Origin: Octopus bimaculoides
Taxonomy: Eukaryota
Reading direction: 5' to 3'
Assembly: GCF_001194135.2 (NCBI RefSeq)
Contig: NC_068991.1
Location: forward strand, 58,591,799 to 58,655,798
DNA: 64,000 bases
How positions within the stretch are numbered: the stretch's first letter is position 1; the number at the start of each line of letters is the position of its first letter. The notes beneath the pieces were generated by a model that was not told the origin of the DNA, searched no databases, and saw only the letters and a list, made by a program, of their open reading frames with translations. Positions 12,090-25,781 of the stretch are shown piece after piece. Position numbers and translations under genes: made by a program.

Positions 12090-13134
12090 NNNNNNNNNNN
12101 NNNNNNNNNNNNNNNNNNNNNNNNNNNNNNNNNNNNNNNNNNNNNNNNNNNNNNNNNNNNNNNNNNNNNNNNNNNNNNNNNNNNNNNNNNNNNNNNNNNN
12201 NNNNNNNNNNNNNNNNNNNNNNNNNNNNNNNNNNNNNNNNNNNNNNNNNNNNNNNNNNNNNNNNNNNNNNNNNNNNNNNNNNNNNNNNNNNNNNNNNNNN
12301 NNNNNNNNNNNNNNNNNNNNNNNNNNNNNNNNNNNNNNNNNNNNNNNNNNNNNNNNNNNNNNNNNNNNNNNNNNNNNNNNNNNNNNNNNNNNNNNNNNNN
12401 NNNNNNNNNNNNNNNNNNNNNNNNNNNNNNNNNNNNNNNNNNNNNNNNNNNNNNNNNNNNNNNNNNNNNNNNNNNNNNNNNNNNNNNNNNNNNNNNNNNN
12501 NNNNNNNNNNNNNNNNNNNNNNNNNNNNNNNNNNNNNNNNNNNNNNNNNNNNNNNNNNNNNNNNNNNNNNNNNNNNNNNNNNNNNNNNNNNNNNNNNNNN
12601 NNNNNNNNNNNNNNNNNNNNNNNNNNNNNNNNNNNNNNNNNNNNNNNNNNNNNNNNNNNNNNNNNNNNNNNNNNNNNNNNNNNNNNNNNNNNNNNNNNNN
12701 NNNNNNNNNNNNNNNNNNNNNNNNNNNNNNNNNNNNNNNNNNNNNNNNNNNNNNNNNNNNNNNNNNNNNNNNNNNNNNNNNNNNNNNNNNNNNNNNNNNN
12801 NNNNNNNNNNNNNNNNNNNNNNNNNNNNNNNNNNNNNNNNNNNNNNNNNNNNNNNNNNNNNNNNNNNNNNNNNNNNNNNNNNNNNNNNNNNNNNNNNNNN
12901 NNNNNNNNNNNNNNNNNNNNNNNNNNNNNNNNNNNNNNNNNNNNNNNNNNNNNNNNNNNNNNNNNNNNNNNNNNNNNNNNNNNNNNNNNNNNNNNNNNNN
13001 NNNNNNNNNNNNNNNNNNNNNNNNNNNNNNNNNNNNNATATATACACACACACTTATATATACATGTATGCAAAATTACACCGACACACACACATACAGG
13101 TTTTAACTCATTCTTCATAGCGTATAAATGACTG

Positions 13135-13335
13135 AGATCAAAACACTTGCCCCGAATAGGACGCCAGTCCATTGCAGGATTAACTTCTCAACTATGCTGG
13201 AATTAATTTACAGCTGAGTGGTCTGCACCAATGTAAAATGAAGTGTTTTGCTCAAGACCGCAACGCACTGTCTGAACTTAGAATTGAAACCACGATCTTA
13301 CGAATGTGATTCTAACACTACAACTCCTCAGCCTT
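13135..13335 (-). mobile_element. tRNA-derived SINE with a CORE-like block and a second, V-like conserved block
   Basis: Minus strand: ...GATCGTGGTTTCAATTC...GTCTTGAGCAAAACACTTCA...CCTGCAATGGACTGGCGTCC. The V-domain assignment is from memory of V-SINE consensus sequences and needs checking. Confidence 0.55.
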
Positions 13336-13596
13336 CTCTGATTTACTTACCGAACCTCTAATGGCCAGCGGCCTAGTTGTAATGATGTTAGACTCGTTAA
13401 CTTAAGGTCGTGGGTTCGACTAACATAAAAAACACCATTTTGTAAACCAGGAAAAGTTACTGAATAATCTAACGACGGACCGATGTCTCCCAAAGCGGAG
13501 TGTATTCTAAATGCGGTCGTTTATTACCCATGAGAAACCGAGATAAATATCACGACTCATGAGAACGAGGCTCATAACATAACATAAGACTTAATC

Positions 13597-13992
13597 CTCT
13601 TTTACTTGTTTCAGTCATTTGACTGTGGCCATGCTGGAGCACCGCCTTTAGTCGAACAAATCGACCCCAGGACTTATTCTTTTTAAGCCTAGTACTTATT
13701 CTATAGATCTCTTTTGCCGGACCGCTAAGTTACGGGGACGTAAACACGCCAGCATCAGTTGTCAAGTGATGTTGAGGGGACAAACACAGACACACAAACA
13801 TATACACACACATACATATATATAAATATATACATATATACGAGGGGCTTCTTTCAGTTTCCGTCTACCAAATCCACTCACAAGGCTTTGGTCGGTCCGA
13901 GGCTATAGTAGAAGACACTTGCCCAAGGTGCCACACAGTGGGACTGAACCCGGAACCATGTGGTTGGTAAGCAAGCTACTTACCACACAGCC
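13597..13992 (-). mobile_element. Near full-length CORE-type tRNA-derived SINE (family B)
   Basis: Minus strand: GGCTGTGTGGTAAGTAGCTTGCTTACCAACCACATGGTTCCGGGTTCAGTCCCACTGTGTGGCACCTTGGGCAAGTGTCTTC (head plus CORE-like), an internal (TA)/(TG) tract, and a 3' tail ...GACTGAAACAAGTAAAAGAG. The octopus CORE-SINEs OR1/OR2 are the likely relatives, but I could not align them. Confidence 0.9.
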
Positions 13993-14565
13993 AGTGAAAT
14001 AAGATATTTTCCTCGGTGATGTTTGAACTCAGTTCGAAAAGTAATGTGAGGCAAATATACAGTAATTTCTTTATGCCAATTCTCTAACGATTCTCCCAAT
14101 TTACCGAGAAGCAACAATAACAGCAATAATCAAGGAATTGATTTGAGACTTAGAGACATCGCCGCCATTTTCCTAAACACATTGAAATTTCCACTACGGA
14201 GGAACATCAAATTTAATAGACGTAATGCAGTTGCATTTATAACTGCAGGTGATATGCAATACTGCAATACATCTGCATCAAATGCCATTAAATATAATGA
14301 GAACATCAAACAATAAGATGTTTGAACCTATTGTTGTGTTCGTGTCTTCATCTGAATATCTCTGAAAACATTTTACTAACTATTAATACGTAAATTTTAT
14401 AAGAGACCCCCACTTTTTAAATTCTAGCTTTTTTTATAAATTAAGTTTTAGAATATATACATATGCGCCTCTGTCTGATAGTGTGTGTGTGTGAGTGTAC
14501 ATGTGTGTGTATGTGTGTGTATGCATGCATGTCTATATATATACATATATATATAAATATATACG

Positions 14566-14597
<32 letters not shown>

Positions 14598-15088
14598 NNN
14601 NNNNNNNNNNNNNNNNNNNNNNNNNNNNNNNNNNNNNNNNNNNNNNNNNNNNNNNNNNNNNNNNNNNNNNNNNNNNNNNNNNNNNNNNNNNNNNNNNNNN
14701 NNNNNNNNNNNNNNNNNNNNNNNNNNNNNNNNNNNNNNNNNNNNNNNNNNNNNNNNNNNNNNNNNNNNNNNNNNNNNNNNNNNNNNNNNNNNNNNNNNNN
14801 NNNNNNNNNNNNNNNNNNNNNNNNNNNNNNNNNNNNNNNNNNNNNNNNNNNNNNNNNNNNNNNNNNNNNNNNNNNNNNNNNNNNNNNNNNNNNNNNNNNN
14901 NNNNNNNNNNNNNNNNNNNNNNNNNNNNNNNNNNNNNNNNNNNNNNNNNNNNNNNNNNNNNNNNNNNNNNNNNNNNNNNNNNNNNNNNNNNNNNNNNNNN
15001 NNNNNNNNNNNNNNNNNNNNNNNNNNNNNNNNNNNNNNNNNNNNNNNNNNNNNNNNNNNNNNNNNNNNNNNNNNNNNNNNNNNNNNNN

Positions 15089-15148
<60 letters not shown>

Positions 15149-15475
15149 GCACAAAGACTTGTATATGTGTGAATTTGTTTCTTGTATGGCAGTTCTCTTA
15201 CCATTATTTCCTGTAGCTTCAATTCTTATTGTAGTTATTATTATCATTATTATTTCAGTTATTGATTTAGTATTGATTTTTACTGTTGTTATTATTGATA
15301 TTATTACATTATTGTTATTGTAATTGCTATTATTGTTGATTTTGTTGATGGTATTTTTGTTGTTTAATCTTCTATTCTTAACGTTATGGTTTTTGTTTTT
15401 GTATAAAGAAAATTTTAAAATTACATTTCCAGAGTCACATATCAAATCAAATTACATACATAAAGCGTACATACA

Positions 15476-15511
<36 letters not shown>

Positions 15512-15681
15512 CATATATATACATATGTATACATGCACAGAGCCACACGGTATACGCAGACATAGACACACTCAGAGACACACCCTTGCCCTCATGTATA
15601 TATATATGTGTGTGTTTGTGTGTGTTGGTGCAAGTTTGCATGCATGTATATATCAGTGTGTCTATGTGTGTACCTATACAT

Positions 15682-15833
<152 letters not shown>

Positions 15834-16008
15834 ACATATATTCACACACATATATGTGTGTGTGTGTATGTGTGTGTGTGAATAGAAAGATGGGGGAGAG
15901 AGAGGAAGAAAGGAAAGAGAGTCTTACATATGTAGATAAGGGGATAGATAGACAGATTGATACACGGATAGATAGACAGATAGATAGACTGATAAACAGC
16001 TAGCTAGC

Positions 16009-16067
<59 letters not shown>

Positions 16068-16827
16068 GTATAGGTTATTAGTAGTTGTATTATTGGAATT
16101 CTGTTTGTTTTTATACTTTTCTTCCTTCTTTTCTTCATTTCTCCTATTTGCTTATATATATCTTCTTTCTTCCTTTCCTTCTTTCTTCTTTCTTTCTTTC
16201 ATTCATTCATTCCTTTCCCCTCTCTCTTTGTCTCTACTGGAGATTTTAATGTTTTATAGAACTTTCATGAATGTTACACCACAGAATAATTTTCATATCG
16301 AAAATAATGAAGAACACCAAAGACAAAACAAAANNNNNNNNNNNNNNNNNNNNNNNNNNNNNNNNNNNNNNNNNNNNNNNNNNNNNNNNNNNNNNNNNNN
16401 NNNNNNNNNNNNNNNNNNNNNNNNNNNNNNNNNNNNNNNNNNNNNNNNNNNNNNNNNNNNNNNNNNNNNNNNNNNNNNNNNNNNNNNNNNNNNNNNNNNN
16501 NNNNNNNNNNNNNNNNNNNNNNNNNNNNNNNNNNNNNNNNNNNNNNNNNNNNNNNNNNNNNNNNNNNNNNNNNNNNNNNNNNNNNNNNNNNNNNNNNNNN
16601 NNNNNNNNNNNNNNNNNNNNNNNNNNNNNNNNNNNNNNNNNNNNNNNNNNNNNNNNNNNNNNNNNNNNNNNNNNNNNNNNNNNNNNNNNNNNNNNNNNNN
16701 NNNNNNNNNNNNNNNNNNNNNNNNNNNNNNNNNNNNNNNNNNNNNNNNNNNNNNNNNNNNNNNNNNNNNNNNNNNNNNNNNNNNNNNNNNNNNNNNNNNN
16801 NNNNNNNNNNNNNNNTGATTTCAGTTA

Positions 16828-16890
<63 letters not shown>

Positions 16891-17674
16891 CATATATATA
16901 CCTATATATGTGTGTGTGTGTGCATATACACACATATATGTATGAATGTATATTATTTTTGTGTGTGTGAGTGTGAAATTTTATTCTTTAAGTATATTAT
17001 ATTAATCCAGATGAATACGAAACGGAAAATGGAAAATACATAAATAGATGCAATTTTTCGTATTAAGAAAATAAAAAAAATATATTATTGATAAAACTGC
17101 ACACATATAAAATTGTATATTTATGTATATATAAATTGTATATCTATAATGTGACAAATTCTAAAATCCAAATTTGTTATGCGTATATATATATTCATTT
17201 ATGTATAATATACATTTATATATACGCACTTACATGCACACGCATACAGACAAACGAGCATATACACGTGTGCTCGCGCACACTCATACGTATACACTTA
17301 ATGTGGATTATATACATATATATGCATTTGCGCGTGTATGCCTGTGAATCTAGTTAATCATTTCATAAACACGTTGGCCGAGTGGGTTGATAGGAATAAT
17401 GGAATAACAAATTAAGTGATTCTCAATATTTATTTTGTTATCCATTCACTCCTGTTATTCTCAATTCAAATCCTGCCAGGAACAGCGGTAGTAGTCTTCT
17501 TGCCGCTGGTCGTGTTATGTAACCCTTGGTCACACACTTTCTGCAGATCTTTGATTAAATGCAGTTCAATGATGAATATCCCATGATGATTTCAAATAAG
17601 GATGAAATGGCGCTATACATAACTAACAACGGCTGCACATTTTAAGATCTTTATAATGTATCAGAAGAAAGAAT

Positions 17675-18512
17675 TATTGCGTTGTGTCAAAGGTTCTACA
17701 ATATTTTGGCAACTTATTTGCTTTATTCGTCAAGTTCCAGCAAAAGCATTCTAGTATTCAAAGTAGCGGCCATCGTGTTGCAATGTTTAAAGCCATCTTT
17801 CTGTCAGTTCTTTGATGCCATGCTGATACAAGTTCTTGTCCGAGGCGAAGAATTCCTTCATGGATAAAAAAAAAACAATAATCTGAGGGAGATATTTCTC
17901 AACAACCCTAACGTGCATAAGCAGTAGTTAAACAAGGACCAGCTTCCAGAACCTGTCACCAAACATGGGCGTTTCGAACACAATGTGCTGCACTACAACT
18001 GGTATAATTACGAGATAATCCACCACGAGTTCGTTCCGGACGGTCGAAGCATCGATGCCAACCTGCAATCCCGACAGCTGGAGCGGATATATGCCACCGT
18101 GCAGCAAAAATATCCGGAATTAGTTAACAGAAATCGAGCTCCTCTTCAGCAAGCCAATAGAAGACCTTATACCTCTCGAACGACCCGGAATAAACTTCGG
18201 GGGAAACGAACTTGTGGTACATCCAGCATATAGTCCGGAACCAGCTACCTCGTATTATTACATGTTCTGCTCCATGGCTCATTTCCTGCCCTTGTGACGC
18301 TTCATCAACTAAGAGGTGGTAGAAGCTTCAGTGAAGGAGTTCTTCGCCTCGAACGGTAAGAACTGGAATCAGCGTAAGATAAAAAAACTGGCAAAAAGGT
18401 GGCTTCAGACGGTGCAGCATAATGGCGCCTACTTTGAATTCTTTAGTTGTAACTTGATGAATAAAGCAAATAAATTACCAAAATATTGCAGAACGTTTGA
18501 GTCTACACCATA
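17675..18512 (+). mobile_element. Non-autonomous mariner element, TA-flanked, with long inverted ends derived from the transposase 3' end
   Basis: Plus-strand decayed transposase IFLNNPNVHKQ*LNKDQLPEPVTKHGRFEHNVLHYNWYNYEIIHHEFVPDGRSIDAN...VEASVKEFFASNGKNW...KRWLQTVQHNGAYFE. The minus strand at 17677-17862 gives SMKEFFASDKNLYQHGIKELTERWL*TLQHDGRYFEY. TA occurs at 17675-76 and 18511-12. Confidence 0.9.
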
Positions 18513-18714
18513 TTAAATGTGTATATTCTGGTCGCCTTCTTTATTACTCTTTGACTTAAAATTCAGACTTCCAATCCCGCGTTAAAACTTGATCTAGAAG
18601 TTATTATCTCCCCTGCGATCGCTGAACACCAGGGCATACCACGTGAATGAATATTACAGCCTTTCTCCTTCAAATATAGTATGCTAATCGAGGATCCGGT
18701 CATCGATTTATTTT

Positions 18715-18950
18715 TATCTCCTATCTGTATTTAGACATTGCACTGTGGCCATTCTGGGGCACTTACTTGAAGTGTTTAGTCGATCAAATCGACTCCGGTA
18801 CTCATTTTTTCTGTTAAGTCTGGGAGGTATCATGTCGGTCTGTTTTGCCTGACTACTCTGCTACGGACACGTAAACAAACCAGCTCTGGTTGTCAAAAGT
18901 GGTCAGGGTGCAAAAACACAAGTACAACCACACACACACACACATACAAA
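18715..18950 (-). mobile_element. Family B SINE 3' half, degenerate
   Basis: CACTGTGGCCATTCTGGGGCAC...GTCGATCAAATCGAC...GGACACGTAAACAAACCAGC...GGTTGTCAA. Confidence 0.7.
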
Positions 18951-19424
18951 CACACACACTCACGCACACACACACACACACAAGCCATACATACATACAA
19001 ACAGACAGACAGAATGTGTCTCCCGAAGACTTCAAGAACACCGTAAGATTGACATGAAGCACGGCCCGTCTTGGACCCGTGACCATTGCATCACATCACA
19101 CTTCGAAATATATGCATTATCCAGTCAAAGAACAGGAGATCGCTAAGAGATACCTAATAGATCAAATAAAAAAAGTAAGAGACAGAGAAGCCCGTGGTGT
19201 TCCAAAATGCAACCGAAAGATATATATTATCATATTTCTCTGGAAGATATCACACGTGATTAACAGCTGCTCAAATCTCTTATTCATAGGAGAAATTTAC
19301 TCACATGATTCCGGGTTCAGCCGCAGTTCTCGTCGCTTTATTATTTTTTTTTTTTTNNNNNNNNNNTTTGCTGTTTAATTTCAGCTTTTGTCTGATCGAC
19401 CATATCATGATATTTTTACTTGTT

Positions 19425-19880
19425 TCAGGCATGAGACCGAGGCCTTGCTGGAGCACCGTCTTGAATAATATTAGTCGAGCAAATCGACACCAGTGCTTAT
19501 TTTTATTTATTAAAATTAGGTGCTTCTTCTATATGGTCTCCCTTTGCCGAACCGCTAAATTAAGGGGACGTAAGCTCACCAACACCGGATATCAAGCAGT
19601 GGTGGTGGGAGTAAACACAGATACAAAGACACACACATACATGCAAATACATATGTGTGTGTGTGTGTGCGTGTGCGTGTGCGTGTGTGTGCGTTGTGTG
19701 TATGTCTGTGCATGTATGTATGTATGTATTTATGATGAGCCTCTTTCAGTTTCCAAATCTACTCATAAGGTTATGGTCGGCCCAAAGCTAAAGTAAAAGT
19801 CATTTTCCCGAGGTGTCACACTGTGGCACTGAACCCGTAACCATGTGGTTGGGAAGAAAACTTCTTACCACTTGGCCAGG
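19425..19880 (-). mobile_element. Family B SINE, near full length
   Basis: Tail (TTGTTTCAG...TGCTGGAGCACCG), body (GCCGAACCGCTAAATTAAGGGGACGTAA) and head (GGCACTGAACCCGTAACCATGTGGTTGGGAAG) are collinear with the 13.6 kb copy. Confidence 0.8.
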
Positions 19881-20389
19881 CACAGAGGACTGCACTAAAT
19901 ATTTAATAACATCTTTCCTTTTTTCCCCTTAGTTTAGAAGGTTTCATTTAAAAAAGATTGCGACTCTTATTTCTAGCAAGTCAGGCTGACCACATAGAAA
20001 CTCCTCTATAACTATAGAAGGAGAAATATCACTTGGCAGGATATAAATACGCTTAAACGACTCAAGTAGAGAATGAACTATGTGGGTGTGTATACCGAAG
20101 ATCAAGCTAGCTTTTTATAGTATCTGCGCTTATTAATTCCTTGTATTTTTGGCATTTATCTCCAGCTTTTCGAGTATAATCGACTACAGCGAATGCTTAC
20201 ATTACTGCTACTTTATATTATCGGTTCCAGAATAATAAAAGACAAAATTGACCTTGGCGGGATTTTAATTCAGAGCGTAAACAGCCGAAATTAAGTAAAT
20301 ACCGCGAGGCATTTTGTCCTGCTCGCTTTAACAATTCTATCAATTCTCCATAAATATTATATATATGAATATAAGATAATCGAAAAAGG

Positions 20390-20420
<31 letters not shown>

Positions 20421-20562
20421 NNNNNNNNNNNNNNNNNNNNNNNNNNNNNNNNNNNNNNNNNNNNNNNNNNNNNNNNNNNNNNNNNNNNNNNNNNNNNNNN
20501 NNNNNNNNNNNNNNNNNNNNNNNNNNNNNNNNNATATGTATGTATACATATATGTATGTATA

Positions 20563-20593
<31 letters not shown>

Positions 20594-20624
20594 CGATAGA
20601 TAGATAGATACATAGATACATACA

Positions 20625-20662
<38 letters not shown>

Positions 20663-20701
20663 TACTGACAGACAGACGTACTGACAGACAGACAGGCAGT
20701 C

Positions 20702-20742
<41 letters not shown>

Positions 20743-20793
20743 GGCATGCAGGTGGGCAGACAGACAGACAACGGATGGATGGATGGATGGATG

Positions 20794-20844
<51 letters not shown>

Positions 20845-21049
20845 TCACATTGACACTTGCATACATCAAGACCAAAACTGAATCGCCAAATTTACGACGG
20901 AAGAAATTTACTTAAAATCAATGAAGTCCACTTGAGTTTAGAAAAGATGGCGAGTATGGTGAGGAAGGTGTTTGGGACAGTGGAGGTGGAGAGTGAGGCT
21001 TTTACATTTGATGTAATTAACTAATGTAGTCAGGGCTTAAAGCGTTGCA

Positions 21050-21387
21050 TTATGTGAAGAGTGAGGTGAGAGAGAGCTAAAGAGAGAAAGCGAGACACTG
21101 TGAGTGTGTGAGTGAGAGGGAAATAGGCTGTAAGAGAGAGAAGAAGAGAGAGACTGTGAGAGAGTGAAGGAGAGAGAGAGCGTCAGATTTTGTGAGAGAG
21201 TATCTGTGAGAGAAAATTGAAAGAGAGAGAAAGGGAAAGATGGAAAGAGAGAGGAAGAGAAAGAAAGATAGGGAGAATTAGAGGAGAGATAGAGGAGAGA
21301 CAGTGAGAAAGTGAGGGAGCGAGAGAGTGATAGACTGTGTGAGAAAGAATCTGTGAGAGATAGGGAGAACAGAGAGAGAGGGAAAGA

Positions 21388-21426
<39 letters not shown>

Positions 21427-21720
21427 AAAGAGGGAAAGAAAGAGAATGAGAGAGAGGGAGTTTACATAGATACAGAGAGATAATATGAGAGAAGGAGGTG
21501 GCGAAAAACAGTAGAGAAGAATGGCGTTTGGGAGAATGTGCTGCAAAGTGAGAGAGGTAGATCAGGAAAGTTGAAGGAAATGTAGTGCGAAGATTTATAG
21601 ATGAACGAAGTGAGCGGGGAGTGGCAAGAATGATGGGAGAGAAAGAGCGTGATCGAAGGAATAAAGGGCAGAGAATGGGGAGAGAGAAAGAAAGAAAGAG
21701 AGAGAGGCAGGTGGGGTGAA
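21050..21720. repeat. Degenerate GA-rich polypurine tract
   Basis: About 670 bp that is mostly G/A, with internal partial duplications. Confidence 0.85.
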
Positions 21721-21914
21721 AAAAGGCGGTAATGGTATGTAATGGAATAAATAGGATGATAGTGAACGAATGTCGTAAACAATGACACACACGCACACAC
21801 ATTTGTGTGTGTGTGTGTGTGTGTCCATATGTCCATACACAATAAGAGACACATACAAGTCAACACACCAATTCATGAGAATTGGTTTATGATACATATA
21901 TACCTACATGCATA

Positions 21915-22075
21915 CATGGAGGTGCAGGCGCGGCCGTGTGGTAAGACACTTGCGTCTCAACTACAGACTACCGGGTTCAGTTCCACAGTGTGGCACCTTT
22001 CCGAAGTGTCTTCTACAAGATTCTCGGGCCCACCTAGGCCCTGTGAGTAGATTTGGTAGACAGAAAATAAAAGCA
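21915..22075 (+). mobile_element. Family B SINE head
   Basis: GGAGGTGCAGGCGCGGCCGTGTGGTAAGACACTTGC...GGGTTCAGTTCCACAGTGTGGCACCTTTCCGAAGTGTCTTC. Confidence 0.75.
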
Positions 22076-22731
22076 TACCATATATGTATACCCTTTTAGG
22101 TGTTATCACCTTTAATTATTGTTTCTGAGTATATTTTATACTATTGGTTTTTGCCATTGGGTGCCCTATTATTTTAGTATATATGTATATTCGATTTTTG
22201 ATCATTTGGGGATGATATAAAGTTGTTTTGACCGATTGGAATGTTTATTCATTATACCTTTCAATTTATTTCTCCTATATATATATTGGCTTTTATTCAA
22301 CAAAAAAAATTACAACATGTAACAAAAACATCTTTAAATGATTATTCCGGAGCATATTCACCATCTACTTCAATTACTGATTCCCGTTTGCTTGGCACAC
22401 GGTCAGACCGTCCTTTAAAGATGTTTTTATTAAATATTGTTATTGTTTTTGTTGAATAAAATTTGTTGAAAAAGCCATAATTATTATGCACCGACCTAAT
22501 ATATGTGCATGTGTGTGTGCGTGCGTGTTTGTGTATGCGTGCTTATGCACACACGCACACACACACACACACATACACAAACACACACTATGAGTTTTTT
22601 TATATACAAGGTGATTAACAAGTAACACCATATTTTAAAATACTTATGAATTATCTATTAACTGTAATGTTTTTCTCAATTTGTTTGGCGTTTGTTTTTT
22701 GAACTATGAGAATTTAATCTGGAATCGTATT

Positions 22732-22995
22732 GCACTTGTCGTTCGTGAATGGCTGAATGCCAACTTCCCCGGGAGACGGATGGTTTGTCGTGGTCTGCAT
22801 GAGTGACCAGCCAGGAGTCCCATATTAACACCCTGTGACTTCTTTCTTTGAGTTGGTTAAAGAAACAAATTTACTGTAGCAAACCGAAAACTTTGGAAGA
22901 CGTTGAAGGGCAAATACAAGAATTTAGTCTTCCATCCCACAAGTATTCCTTCTAAAATCAGTTGACGCAATTCTTGGACGCCTCAAAGCTAGACG
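22732..22995 (+). pseudogene. Tc1/mariner-superfamily transposase C-terminal relic (WPARSPDLTPCDFFLWG type)
   Basis: Translation ALVVREWLNANFPGRRMVCRGLHE*PARSPILTPCDFFL, then a frameshift to WLKKQIYCSKPKTLEDVEGQIQE. Confidence 0.85.
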
Positions 22996-23730
22996 ACCAG
23001 TGCTGGTGTGTTCGGTAAAAGAAGCCGAGAGAATAAGTACTAGGCTTACAAAGAATAAATTTTGGGGTCGATTTGTTCAAAATAATCGAAAGAATAAAAG
23101 AATGTGTGTGTATGTGTGTGTGTTTGTGTGTGTGTGTATGTGTGTGTGTGTGTGTGTTTGTGTGTGTGTGTATGTGTGTGTGTGTGTGTCTCTGTGTTTG
23201 CGTGTGTGTGTGTGTGTGTGTGTGTGTACCTANNNNNNNNNNNNNNNNNNNNNNNNNNNNNNNNNNNNNNNNNNNNNNNNNNNNNNNNNNNNNNNNNNNN
23301 NNNNNNNNNNNNNNNNNNNNNNNNNNNNNNNNNNNNNNNNNNNNNNNNNNNNNNNNNNNNNNNNNNNNNNNNNNNNNNNNNNNNNNNNNNNNNNNNNNNN
23401 NNNNNNNNNNNNNNNNNNNNNNNNNNNNNNNNNNNNNNNNNNNNNNNNNNNNNNNNNNNNNNNNNNNNNNNNNNNNNNNNNNNNNNNNNNNNNNNNNNNN
23501 NNNNNNNNNNNNNNNNNNNNNNNNNNNNNNNNNNNNNNNNNNNNNNNNNNNNNNNNNNNNNNNNNNNNNNNNNNNNNNNNNNNNNNNNNNNNNNNNNNNN
23601 NNNNNNNNNNNNNNNNNNNNNNNNNNNNNNNNNNNNNNNNNNNNNNNNNNNNNNNNNNNNNNNNNNNNNNNNNNNNNNNNNNNNNNNNNNNNNNNNNNNN
23701 NNNNNNNNNNNNNNNNNNNNNNNNNNNNNN

Positions 23731-23778
<48 letters not shown>

Positions 23779-23942
23779 TAAAGATAGGAGTATGAATAAG
23801 AAGATTTAACTACAGAGAGACTCGAAGAAAGAAGGAGCTAACGAAAAGGTCAAAGTCGGCGGGAAAGTTAAGTGTCGCAGTGTGTATATGCGTCATTCTT
23901 TGTGCATACGTATGTATGCGCGCGCGCATGTGTCTGTGTATA

Positions 23943-23984
<42 letters not shown>

Positions 23985-24056
23985 CAAACACACACACACA
24001 CACATATATATATGTATACATATTTATATGTATGCATGTATTATATACATATATAC

Positions 24057-24107
<51 letters not shown>

Positions 24108-24175
24108 NNNNNNNNNNNNNNNNNNNNNNNNNNNNNNNNNNNNNNNNNNNNTATCTATATATATATATATATATC

Positions 24176-24242
<67 letters not shown>

Positions 24243-24664
24243 CCGTATATAAATACATTTATACACGTTTATATCTATCTATATGTATGTATAGATGCAT
24301 ATGTGTGCTTATGTTTGTCTGTTTGTATGTATGCATGTACGTCTGTACGTATGTATGTATGTATGTACGTACGTATGTATGTATGTATGTATGCATGTAC
24401 GTACGTACGTACGTATGTATGTATGTATGTACGTACGTATGTATGTATGTATGCATGTACGTACGTACGTACGTATGTATGTATGTATGTATGTACGTAT
24501 GTATGTATGTATGTATGTATGTATGTATGTATGTATGTGTGTATGAGGGTAGAGAGAACGAGTGGGGAGAGGATAAGAACGGACAGAAATATATAACAAG
24601 TCAGACACTTAAAGATGGTCTCTGAAGGATAAAGACTTATTAATAAATGTAAAAAGGATTTAGC

Positions 24665-24699
<35 letters not shown>

Positions 24700-25781
24700 A
24701 CAGATCANNNNNNNNNNNNNNNNNNNNNNNNNNNNNNNNNNNNNNNNNNNNNNNNNNNNNNNNNNNNNNNNNNNNNNNNNNNNNNNNNNNNNNNNNNNNN
24801 NNNNNNNNNNNNNNNNNNNNNNNNNNNNNNNNNNNNNNNNNNNNNNNNNNNNNNNNNNNNNNNNNNNNNNNNNNNNNNNNNNNNNNNNNNNNNNNNNNNN
24901 NNNNNNNNNNNNNNNNNNNNNNNNNNNNNNNNNNNNNNNNNNNNNNNNNNNNNNNNNNNNNNNNNNNNNNNNNNNNNNNNNNNNNNNNNNNNNNNNNNNN
25001 NNNNNNNNNNNNNNNNNNNNNNNNNNNNNNNNNNNNNNNNNNNNNNNNNNNNNNNNNNNNNNNNNNNNNNNNNNNNNNNNNNNNNNNNNNNNNNNNNNNN
25101 NNNNNNNNNNNNACCACCACCACCACCACCACCACCACTACCAACACCAACACCAACAGCGACATTACACCACCAGCAATAACAACATCAACACCAACGC
25201 CACCATTGGCATCACCACCAACACTATCAACACCACCAACATCACCACCACCACCAACAACAACAACAAGAGCACCCCCACCAATTCCACTAACACCACC
25301 GCTACCATCAACACCACCAGCCACATCACCGACACCATCACTATCATTACCAACACCAACAAGAACACGAACACCAACAGAGACAACATTAAACCACCAA
25401 CAATAACAACACCAACACCAATATCACTATTGGCATCTCTACCAACAACAACAACACCAGCATCACCACTGCCAACAACAACAACACGAACTATGCACAA
25501 CTACCGTCGTAATAGCAACGTCCGTGAGTTCATTAGGACTAACAACCTCCTCATCACAAACAACAAAATATTTACTACTACCACCAGCACCACCACCACC
25601 GTCACCACGATCATCATCAACAGCAACAACAACAACTTAAATGTTACGAGTGATTATCACCAACAAACAAACCAGTCAACCAGCCAATAAATAAAATACA
25701 ACGGCGTCACTAGTGTGTCTCTGTCCTCATCATGAAGTTATCTACTATCAGCAATAGAACCCCTCCTCCCCACCCCGCCCT

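Noticed and set aside
13365-13420. tRNA-like segment (GGCCAGCGGCCTAGTTG...GACTCGTTAAC...GGTCGTGGGTTCGACT)
   Set aside because: The 3' acceptor and T-stem cannot be completed. It is at best a degenerate SINE head or tRNA fragment. The other tRNA-like heads in the window continue into SINE bodies, so no tRNA gene is called.
14161-14172. YY1-like motif (AAAATGGCGGC on the minus strand)
   Set aside because: A single short motif with no promoter context or nearby gene start is not enough for a regulatory call.
3837-14232. Shared 15-mer AGACGTAATGCAGTT at 3837-3851 and 14218-14232
   Set aside because: About one such match is expected by chance in ~50 kb of AT-rich sequence, and the flanks do not align.
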